Below are positions 1-6,729 of a DNA stretch of 10,484 bases, piece by piece. Every line of letters begins with the position of its first letter. Position 1 is the first letter of the stretch. The position numbers and the translations under genes are program-made. The DNA comes from Candidatus Omnitrophota bacterium (GTDB lineage: Bacteria; Omnitrophota; Gorgyraeia; Gygaellales; Profunditerraquicolaceae), in NCBI GenBank assembly GCA_049517335.1, contig JBEKSD010000026.1, positions 1-10,484 of the forward strand, written 5' to 3'. The notes beneath the pieces were generated by a model, which was not told the DNA's origin, made no database searches, and saw nothing but the letters and a program-made list of their open reading frames with translations.

Positions 1-93
1 TCTCATGATACTTTGAAAGGGCTTTCTTTTATACTGTATATCTTATATTTAAGCACAAGTATTTAACCAAATCCCAAAAAAACGAACGTTAAT

Positions 94-408
94 TTAGTTG
101 AACTGGATAAAAACTGGGGTGATTCCTTTAAGCAAACAATGGATATGATAACCTTCTGGTGTCTTCTCAAAATAGACCCAGCATTTCACGTAATGGTGAT
201 AGAACATTTCTGCTGGGGTATTGAGCGAAGCGAAGAACCGCTTGAACCTCTTGATTGTGAAGCTTAATGAGGTATGCTTTCTGAAGGTAATCGTAATCCA
301 TAAATCAGGAGGCAATCGTTCAAACAACTTCCTGTATTCCAGAATAAGCATCAATATCTGGAAAGGCGTCCTATTATCTTCATCTTTTCTTAATTGTATC
401 TTTTTCAC
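94..408 (-). pseudogene. HUH-superfamily rolling-circle replication initiator (Rep)-like protein, C-terminally truncated
   Basis: GTG start preceded by AGGAGG at 6-nt spacing. Motif I-like WITITF and motif II-like E-x5-YHIHCLL (HUH) are present. The ORF stops 14 codons after HIH without a catalytic Tyr motif III (YxxK). Confidence 0.6.
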
Positions 409-582
409 CTTAAACCTCCTTTTTGTTAAACTTCAACCTTACCAAACATAGTCTTATACGAGAACCTATCCTTTTGAGACAGATTTGGTCAAAACCGTAA
501 CTAACCTTACCTATACTAGGAAGGCGCCCAAAAGTTTATAAGGCTACCCTAGGATAACCGTCAAAGCCATTTTGAACGAATT

Positions 583-604
583 TTTAGTATTCATTTAGTA
601 TTCA
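583..604. repeat. Perfect 11-bp tandem duplication TTTAGTATTCA x2
   Basis: 583-593 and 594-604 are identical. Confidence 0.85.
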
Positions 605-638
605 AAGATATTTTAAGGGGGAAAATTGGGAAGAAATG

Positions 639-684
639 AAAAAGGGTGGTATTCCCTATTTCAGTAGGAAATACCACCCTTTTT
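639..684. terminator. Bidirectional rho-independent terminator downstream of tRNA-Glu
   Basis: AAAAAGGGTGGTATTCCCTA-tttcag-TAGGAAATACCACCCTTTTT: 20-bp arms with one mismatch and A5/T5 tails. Confidence 0.8.
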
Positions 685-727
685 ATAGACGATAACACCC
701 TAATCCAAGCCAAATTGGGCTTGATTT

Positions 728-802
728 TAGCCCCAAGGGGATTTGAACCCCTGTTTATAGGCTGAGAACCTAGCGTCCTAGACCAGGCTAGACGATGGGG
801 CC
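728..802 (-). tRNA. tRNA-Glu (anticodon CTC)
   Basis: Minus-strand cloverleaf: acceptor GGCCCCA/TGGGGCT, D arm GTCTAGCCTGGTCTAGGAC, anticodon loop TT-CTC-AG (764-766), T arm AGGGG-TTCAAAT-CCCCT, discriminator A. CCA is not encoded. Confidence 0.96.
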
Positions 803-822
803 GGATATTAATATTAAATAGA

Positions 823-850
823 ATAATAACATATTTTTAGGCACGGTCAA
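823..850 (-). promoter_or_regulatory. sigma70-type promoter of tRNA-Glu
   Basis: Minus strand TTGACC-16 nt-TATTAT with an extended -10 TG, about 20 nt upstream of the tRNA 5' end. Confidence 0.55.
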
Positions 851-962
851 TAATTTTATACATTCGCAGCCAGCAAACAATAAATTTAAAGTATACCTAT
901 TAAGCATGCCGCTCAGTATCAATTTTCAAAATAGGCTTCGTGATTTAGTCCGGAGAAATTGA

Positions 963-991
963 TTGACCGGCAGGGGGTTTTGTGTTTTAAT
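963..991 (+). promoter_or_regulatory. sigma70-type promoter of the FIST operon (probably leaderless)
   Basis: TTGACC (963-968)-17 nt-TTTAAT (986-991) with TG at 983-984. ATG follows 8 nt later, with no Shine-Dalgarno sequence. Confidence 0.6.
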
Positions 992-999
992 ACCTTCAA

Positions 1000-2196
1000 A
1001 TGCCAATAAATGTCGCCCTAGGCACAAGTAAAAACCGCGACCCTCTCCAGGCAGCAGGAGAAGCCCTGAATCAGGCGCGCAAAAACCTAGCGTCGGATAG
1101 AGTTGATTTATGCATGGTTTTTACCTCAAGTAGCCTTACGCACCCTAATATACTAAAAACCATTCGTAGCCACCTCTCCGACCGAGTTCCGGTTTGCGGC
1201 TCAAGTGGCATCGCAATAATCACTAATAAGGAAGAAGCATTAAAACACGGCATAATTATTGCACTCTTCAGTTTCTCCAAAAGCATTTATTTTAATTCCG
1301 CATCTGTTGAAAATATTTCCCTCAAAACTCCTTTCTCTGCCGGTGAGGAATTAGGGGATAAATTGTCATTCGGGTTCAGGAATATCCGTAGGGACTTCGG
1401 GATCATTTTTTCCGACGGGCTTATTTACGATGCTTCCCTCTTCTTAAGCGGGCTTCAAAGGAGCCTAGGTTTAAGCTTTCCCATAGCCGGAGGGTGCGCG
1501 TCCGACAGTTTAAAACTGCATAAAACTTATTTGTATTATAACGACACCGTATCCAACGACTCTGCCTGCGGTTTGGTTTTCGGAGGAAAGTTAAATTTCG
1601 GCGTAGGGATTAAACACGGCTGGAAGCCGTTGGGTAAGATGCGCTCCATCACCAGCTCAAACGCAAATGTCGTTTATGAAATAGATAACCAGCCTGCGGC
1701 AAAAATTTATGAAGAATATTTTTCCATGAATGTAAGCCAGCTAAGGAAAGAACTAAAGCGCATCTCCATTCTTTATCCTATAGGGATATGCCTTGAAGGC
1801 GAAGATGAATACTTATTGCGCAACCTGCTCGTAGTTGAAGAAAGTGGCGCATTGATTTTTCAGGGAAGTGTGCCGCAGGGAAGTTCAATACGGCTTATGA
1901 TCGGCACAAAAGAAAGCTGCCTTGATGCCGCCCGGCAGGCGGCAGAAGAAGTCAGGAAAATTTTTCTTGGCCGAAACATAAAGTTTGTGTTAGTATTTGA
2001 TTCAGTATCCCGCTATACGCTTTTAAGAAGAGAAGCTGAACAAGAGATTCATACAATAAGAGAGGTACTTGGCAAAGATGTCATCATAGTGGGATTTTAC
2101 ACTTTCGGCGAACAGGCGCCGTTAAAATCTATCAACTATCAGGGCAAATCTTATTTCCACAACCAGAGCATCACGATTTTAGGCATAGGAGACTAA
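1000..2196 (+). CDS. Stand-alone FIST (FIST_N + FIST_C) sensor protein, NosP-like
   Basis: 398 aa. FIST hallmarks: GSSG, FSDG, P-I-A-GG-C-A-S-D, HGWKPLG, NVVYEIDNQPA, YPIG, LLR, FDSVSR, GFYTFGE, FHNQSI. Confidence 0.93.
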   Translation: MPINVALGTSKNRDPLQAAGEALNQARKNLASDRVDLCMVFTSSSLTHPNILKTIRSHLSDRVPVCGSSGIAIITNKEEALKHGIIIALFSFSKSIYFNSASVENISLKTPFSAGEELGDKLSFGFRNIRRDFGIIFSDGLIYDASLFLSGLQRSLGLSFPIAGGCASDSLKLHKTYLYYNDTVSNDSACGLVFGGKLNFGVGIKHGWKPLGKMRSITSSNANVVYEIDNQPAAKIYEEYFSMNVSQLRKELKRISILYPIGICLEGEDEYLLRNLLVVEESGALIFQGSVPQGSSIRLMIGTKESCLDAARQAAEEVRKIFLGRNIKFVLVFDSVSRYTLLRREAEQEIHTIREVLGKDVIIVGFYTFGEQAPLKSINYQGKSYFHNQSITILGIGD

Positions 2197-2218
2197 TAAT
2201 GCCCGGAGGCACTTTTTA

Positions 2219-3694
2219 ATGCTGATTGTTACGCTTATATTCTTCGTAAGCCTTGTGGTTACGGCGATATTGCTTGTATATAAAATGGGTAAAATAAAAG
2301 AACAGCGCTCATCTATAGACAAGCTGAAGAAATCTTTGGATGAAATGGACGAGCAGGCAAAGCTCATTGTCAGAACCGATATGGAATTGAATAAAGCGCA
2401 GGAGGAGCTTGACAAGAAAATACGCGGCCTTTTTGCCCTACAGGGCCTCTCGCGCTCCATGATGACTTCGCTGGAAGAAAACCAGATTTTCAGGATGCTC
2501 ACCAACGAGCACCTTGAAGAATTAGGATTTGAAAAGGTGGTTGCTTTTCTATGGAATAGCGCTCAGAAAAAATTTGAAATTCACATAAATATCGGATACT
2601 CTGACGATGAAATTAACGCAATCAAATCTTACATAGAAGAAAACAAGGAAGAGTATTTGAATTTAATAAAAAATGCCAAAACGGTTTCCTCAATTTCCCG
2701 GACAGCCGGAGAAATCCCTGAAGATAAAATTGCGACTATTTTCAAAACAGCCTACTTTATCATGCCGCCGATATTACCTAAAGACGGGGACAGCGGGTTC
2801 CTTTTTGTGGGCACCGATAATGCCGATACTCCTATTAATGAAGGCGACGAGGAACTTATTACCGTACTGGCAAACCAGTTGGCCCAGGCGCTTGAGAACG
2901 CCAGGCTCTTTGACAAAACTTGGAAAGCCCAGCAAAGCCTTGAAGAAAAAGTGGCTGAGAGGACTTCTGAGTTAACCTCGGCTTTAAAAGAATTACAAAT
3001 TGTAAGCCGGCGCAAAAATGATTTTATCTCAAGCGTTTCCCACGAACTGCGCACCCCGCTGACCTCAATAAAAGGATATGCGGCGATTCTGCTGGCGGGC
3101 AAACTCGGAGATATGCCACCTGAAATACACCAAAGACTTGAAAAAATAAACAAGCACAGCGACGAACTGGTACACATGGTTAACGACCTGCTGGATATTG
3201 CCCGTATTGAATCCGGCAAACAAGTAATGAAAAAAGAAGGGATAAATTTAAAAGAGGTTGCCGAAAAAGTCGGAGACCTGCTAGGAGAACAAATCAAAGA
3301 AAAGAATATTACTTTCAGCATAAATATCGGAGAAGATGCTTATCTGGTATCTGCCGACCGCCAGCAAATAGAGCGCGTCTTTATAAATATCGTGGGCAAC
3401 GCCCTTAAATTTACCCCTGAAGGCGGAAAAATTACTATAAGCTCCCGGCAGCATAAAGACGGAGTCCAGATAAATATTTCCGACACCGGCTGCGGTATCC
3501 CTGAGAATGCTCAAGATGCGATTTTTGAAGAATTTTACCGCATAGATAACCCGATTAATGAAGGAGTAAAAGGAACGGGCTTAGGCCTTTCGCTGGTAAA
3601 ACACATCGTTGAAGCGCATAACGGAAAAATCTGGGTAAAAAGCAAAATCGACTCCGGGTCAACTTTTAGCTTCACGCTGCCAAAGGCAGGTTAA
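2219..3694 (+). CDS. Sensor histidine kinase (N-terminal TM helix, coiled coil, GAF-like domain, HisKA, HATPase_c)
   Basis: GGAGG upstream of the ATG. Hydrophobic N-terminus, GAF C-terminal signature LANQLAQALENARLF, H-box SHELRTPL, N-box NIVGNALKF, G1 DTGCGI, F-box FEEFYR, G2 GTGLGL, terminal GSTFSFTLP. Confidence 0.95.
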   Translation: MLIVTLIFFVSLVVTAILLVYKMGKIKEQRSSIDKLKKSLDEMDEQAKLIVRTDMELNKAQEELDKKIRGLFALQGLSRSMMTSLEENQIFRMLTNEHLEELGFEKVVAFLWNSAQKKFEIHINIGYSDDEINAIKSYIEENKEEYLNLIKNAKTVSSISRTAGEIPEDKIATIFKTAYFIMPPILPKDGDSGFLFVGTDNADTPINEGDEELITVLANQLAQALENARLFDKTWKAQQSLEEKVAERTSELTSALKELQIVSRRKNDFISSVSHELRTPLTSIKGYAAILLAGKLGDMPPEIHQRLEKINKHSDELVHMVNDLLDIARIESGKQVMKKEGINLKEVAEKVGDLLGEQIKEKNITFSINIGEDAYLVSADRQQIERVFINIVGNALKFTPEGGKITISSRQHKDGVQINISDTGCGIPENAQDAIFEEFYRIDNPINEGVKGTGLGLSLVKHIVEAHNGKIWVKSKIDSGSTFSFTLPKAG

Positions 3695-3697
3695 ACT

Positions 3698-4633
3698 ATG
3701 TCAGTAAAAATATTGATTGTTGATGACGACCCCGACATAAGGGACATACTAAAACTTACCCTGTCGGAAGAAAACTATGAAATACTAGAAGCCGGGGATG
3801 GCGAAGAAGGACTAAAGATAATCCAGTCCAAGCCGCTTGATTTGGTTTTAATTGATTATAAAATGCCCAAGCTCGACGGCCGCAAGTTGTGCCGGCTAAT
3901 AAAGAAAGACCTGCTCCTGCGCCATTTGCCGGTAATTATGGTAACCGGCAAAGGCGATATAAACGATAAAGTCGGGGGGATTGACGCGGGGGCGGATGAT
4001 TATATCGTTAAACCTTTCGAGCCGAAAGAACTGCTCGCACGCATCCGCATGATTATACGCCGCACTGAAAGGGACTTGGAGGCAAACCCTTTAACCCGCA
4101 TGCCCGGGAATGTTTCCATATTGAATGAATTACAGAAGCGCATTGACAGCCACAAGCCTTTTGCGGTCTGTTACGCCGACCTTGATAAATTTAAAACCTA
4201 CAATGATACTTACGGGTTTGAACACGGTGACGCAGTCATCAGGGAAACCGCGAGGATATTAATCCGCATAACTCAACAGTTCGGCAACCGCGATGATTTT
4301 ATGGGGCATATCGGCGGGGATGATTTTGTTATCATCACTACCCCCGAAGCATCGGATAAACTATGCCAGAACATAATTAAGGAATTTGAAAGCACCTCTC
4401 CCTCTTTTTATAACGAGAAGGACCGCAAGAACGGCTATATTATCGCCCATGATAGGAAAGGGAACCAACAAAAGGTGCCCCTCTTGTCCATTTCAATAGG
4501 CATAGTCACCAATGAAACCCGCAAGATTGATCACGTTGCCCAAATCGGCGAGATCGGCGCGGAACTAAAATCGCTTGCCAAGCAGCTCGAGAGAAGTAAC
4601 TACGTTAAAGATAAACGTAAAGACGCAAGGTAG
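3698..4633 (+). CDS. Response regulator with REC and GGDEF-family (GGDDF variant) diguanylate cyclase domains
   Basis: REC: IVDDD, LIDYKMP (phospho-Asp), MVTG, YIVKPF. Cyclase: NPLTRMPGN, DLDKFKTYNDTYG..HGD, HIGGDDF, SISIG. Confidence 0.93.
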   Translation: MSVKILIVDDDPDIRDILKLTLSEENYEILEAGDGEEGLKIIQSKPLDLVLIDYKMPKLDGRKLCRLIKKDLLLRHLPVIMVTGKGDINDKVGGIDAGADDYIVKPFEPKELLARIRMIIRRTERDLEANPLTRMPGNVSILNELQKRIDSHKPFAVCYADLDKFKTYNDTYGFEHGDAVIRETARILIRITQQFGNRDDFMGHIGGDDFVIITTPEASDKLCQNIIKEFESTSPSFYNEKDRKNGYIIAHDRKGNQQKVPLLSISIGIVTNETRKIDHVAQIGEIGAELKSLAKQLERSNYVKDKRKDAR

Positions 4634-4680
4634 AAAAAGGGAGACGGGCTCCAAGGAGCCCGTCTCCCTTTTTCTACCTT
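4627..4680. terminator. Perfect 26-bp inverted repeat / bidirectional terminator between the operon and the convergent tRNA-Leu
   Basis: AAGGTAGAAAAAGGGAGACGGGCTCC-aa-GGAGCCCGTCTCCCTTTTTCTACCTT: GC-rich core flanked by A5/T5. Confidence 0.9.
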
Positions 4681-4691
4681 AACTATTTTTA

Positions 4692-4772
4692 TGCGCAGGG
4701 GGGGAGTTGAACCCCCAAGCCTTTCGGCACAAGCCCCTCATGCTTGCGCGTCTGCCATTCCGCCACCCGCGC
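4692..4772 (-). tRNA. tRNA-Leu (anticodon GAG)
   Basis: Minus-strand cloverleaf: acceptor GCGCGGG/CCTGCGC, D arm GCGGAATGGCAGACGC, anticodon arm CAAGC-AT-GAG-GG-GCTTG, long variable arm GCC-GAAA-GGC, T arm GGGGG-TTCAACT-CCCCC, discriminator A. CCA is not encoded. Confidence 0.96.
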
Positions 4773-4787
4773 GAAATCTTAAAAATC

Positions 4788-4817
4788 ATTATATTTCAGA
4801 TAAACCGTTTTAGTCAA
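4788..4817 (-). promoter_or_regulatory. sigma70-type promoter of tRNA-Leu
   Basis: Minus strand TTGACT-18 nt-TATAAT, ending 15 nt upstream of the tRNA. Confidence 0.7.
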
Positions 4818-4845
4818 GCCAAATATAAATCTTAAAACCCAGGGG

Positions 4846-6114
4846 TCATAGCCTAAGGGCTCTGACCCCATGTTTTACGTCCCAAAAGGTTTCTTTCAAA
4901 AGGACTGCGCACATTCCCAGCCATAAAATAAAAGTAACCCAGAAAATAAACGAAACCTGTTTTAAAATAGGAATGTCTATCAAAGACGTAGATAAAAACA
5001 TAGCAGAAGTTAAAATTAACAAAACTCTTTTCTCTGTTTTAGGGACTTCCGGGCTTGTTACATAATTTAATACCATAAAGTAGATTACAAACAACCATGC
5101 CCACGTATAATAAATACAATAGAGAGGAAGGATTAAAGCCAAGATTAAAAAAACAGCAAGGCCCAGCCCCTGTGAAGCAGGTTTTGCGCGTTTCCAAACC
5201 GCAAAGCAGGATAAAAGAACAATACCTGAAGAGAAAACTTTAATGACAATATGTACTAATTCAGGTGGAATTGAATAAGTAAAAACACCAGTATGCCCGG
5301 ACACGAATATCCTGCCGATTGCGCTTGGCAGGGATTGACTGCTGACCCTTAAGTCAACGTAAGAAGTATAAGAACCTGTAAAAATAAACGGCTTTAAAGC
5401 GTGAATATACCAGCCTTTTAGCAAGAGATAATTAAATTTAAATCCCCATACTAATGAAGGGGCAATTATAAATACGATTAATACTCCGGTAATAAAACTG
5501 AAGATAAACCTTCCCCTGCTTTTTATCAGGAGATATAACCCAAAAAACACTAGAGGAATATATATTGTCAAAGCAATACAAAGTGAAATAGCGGACAACA
5601 GTATTCTTTTTCTTTCAAACAATAAAAGGGCAAGCAATATGAAGAATAAAGCAATTAATTTATTCTGGCAATTGGATAATTCATAACCGATTAAAGGTAG
5701 GCTCATCAGGATGCCTATCTTTAGGTTTCTCCAGTTCACTCCGCGCGGCAATGAAGGGGTGAGGTTTAACAATATGAACACGCTGAATATCAAAGCTAAA
5801 ATCTCCGTAAAATACCAGGCAAGAATGGAAGGTACGAGATTTTCAAATTGATAAGGCGCAGTCATTTTACTCTTCAGTAAAAAGGGGTATTCTAAAATTG
5901 TAATGGCGGGCGCATAACGAAAAACTGTGCGGTTAGGGTCGGTGGGATTTTCATAGGGAGACTTTTTTTGCAACACCTGTTCTACGCCGAATAAACCCAC
6001 CCTTAAATCCTTGCCGTCTCTAATACAGGTGACAATTGCCATAGTGGGAATAAAAAACGTTATTATGGCTGTGAAAATAAAATTAAAACTGATGAGTTTT
6101 CTAAAAAACGCCAT
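4846..6114 (-). CDS. Polytopic membrane glycosyltransferase, GT-C fold, GT87/DUF2029-like
   Basis: 422 aa with roughly 10 hydrophobic segments. First loop D-L-R...SPY...FRYAP resembles the GT87 D..Y....PY...F.YPP pattern; later NCQ and SQSL motifs. Confidence 0.7.
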   Translation of the reverse strand: MAFFRKLISFNFIFTAIITFFIPTMAIVTCIRDGKDLRVGLFGVEQVLQKKSPYENPTDPNRTVFRYAPAITILEYPFLLKSKMTAPYQFENLVPSILAWYFTEILALIFSVFILLNLTPSLPRGVNWRNLKIGILMSLPLIGYELSNCQNKLIALFFILLALLLFERKRILLSAISLCIALTIYIPLVFFGLYLLIKSRGRFIFSFITGVLIVFIIAPSLVWGFKFNYLLLKGWYIHALKPFIFTGSYTSYVDLRVSSQSLPSAIGRIFVSGHTGVFTYSIPPELVHIVIKVFSSGIVLLSCFAVWKRAKPASQGLGLAVFLILALILPLYCIYYTWAWLFVIYFMVLNYVTSPEVPKTEKRVLLILTSAMFLSTSLIDIPILKQVSFIFWVTFILWLGMCAVLLKETFWDVKHGVRALRL

Positions 6115-6144
6115 TATCGTAAGTGTTTAGAGCGGCAGCTTCAT

Positions 6145-6699
6145 TTATTTCAGGTATGCTTTAATGATTTTTTGCTCCGCAACAGGCCTGTCAGAAGCGT
6201 CAACAGCCGTATTTTCTATTTTTTCAACTGCATCATAACCGGAAACAACCTTTCCGAATATGGTATGGCGCATATTAAGCCAGGGAGTTTTAGCGGTGGT
6301 TATAAAAAATTGGCTGCCGTTTGTATTAGGCCCGGCGTTTGCCATAGCCAATATGCCGGGTGAGTCAAATTGAACAGAAGTATTGACCTCATCCTCAAAC
6401 GGTTTTTTCCAAACTGACTCCCCGCCCCTTCCGGTCCCCTTAGGGTCTCCTCCCTGTACCATAAATCCCTTTATAACTCTGTGGAATATTATTCCGTTAT
6501 AGTATCCGCTTTCAACCAGTTTAGTAAAATTCTCGCACGCCTTTGGCGCTACCTCAGGCATAAGCTTAATCTCAATAGCACCTTGGTTAGTTTCCAAAAT
6601 GACATTCTTTGCATTCATGGCAGAAATTCCTCCGTTAATATTGATTAATAATACCCCGGAAAATAATATAGCCAACGTAAGTAAAACCTTCTTTATCAT
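6145..6699 (-). CDS. Cyclophilin-type peptidyl-prolyl cis-trans isomerase with N-terminal signal peptide
   Basis: APKACENF, YYNGIIFHRVIKGFMVQGGDP.GTGRGG, LAMANAGPNTNGSQFFIT, PWLNMRHTIFGKV. GGAGG lies 7 nt upstream of the ATG. Confidence 0.97.
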   Translation of the reverse strand: MIKKVLLTLAILFSGVLLININGGISAMNAKNVILETNQGAIEIKLMPEVAPKACENFTKLVESGYYNGIIFHRVIKGFMVQGGDPKGTGRGGESVWKKPFEDEVNTSVQFDSPGILAMANAGPNTNGSQFFITTAKTPWLNMRHTIFGKVVSGYDAVEKIENTAVDASDRPVAEQKIIKAYLK

Positions 6700-6729
6700 T
6701 TAAGTGCCTCCGTATGCTTTTTACTAAAA

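Larger units (their letters stand above)
1..638. mobile_element. Possible remnant or edge of an integrated rolling-circle element (plasmid- or inovirus-like) downstream of tRNA-Glu
   Basis: Rep-like ORF, visibly AT-rich sequence, short repeats and a hairpin, position at a tRNA 3' side. No integrase or duplicated att site is visible in the window. Confidence 0.35.

Noticed and set aside
221-451. 76-aa + strand ORF
   Set aside because: Antisense shadow of the SD-led Rep-like ORF; no motifs.
702-725. Imperfect hairpin AATCCAAGCC..GGGCTTGATT just after tRNA-Glu
   Set aside because: Weak and bulged; could be a trailer structure, but there is no independent support.
1071-3514. Alternative ORFs 1071-1286, 2179-2505, 2673-2975, 2752-3321 and 3281-3514
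   Set aside because: They overlap well-supported FIST and kinase genes and show no recognisable domains.
4305-4330. GGDD motif as a Cas10/Palm-type or Hypr cGAMP cyclase
   Set aside because: The surrounding motifs are standard GGDEF-family, the specificity Asp is retained, and there is no CRISPR or defence context.
764-4739. The two flanking tRNAs have mutually complementary anticodons (CUC and GAG)
   Set aside because: A curiosity with no mechanism supported by the sequence; likely coincidence.
706-4824. 10-bp direct repeat CAAGCCAAAT (706-715 and 4815-4824) bracketing tRNA-operon-tRNA as a possible island boundary
   Set aside because: Short enough to occur by chance, no recombinase nearby, and not derived from a tRNA 3' end.
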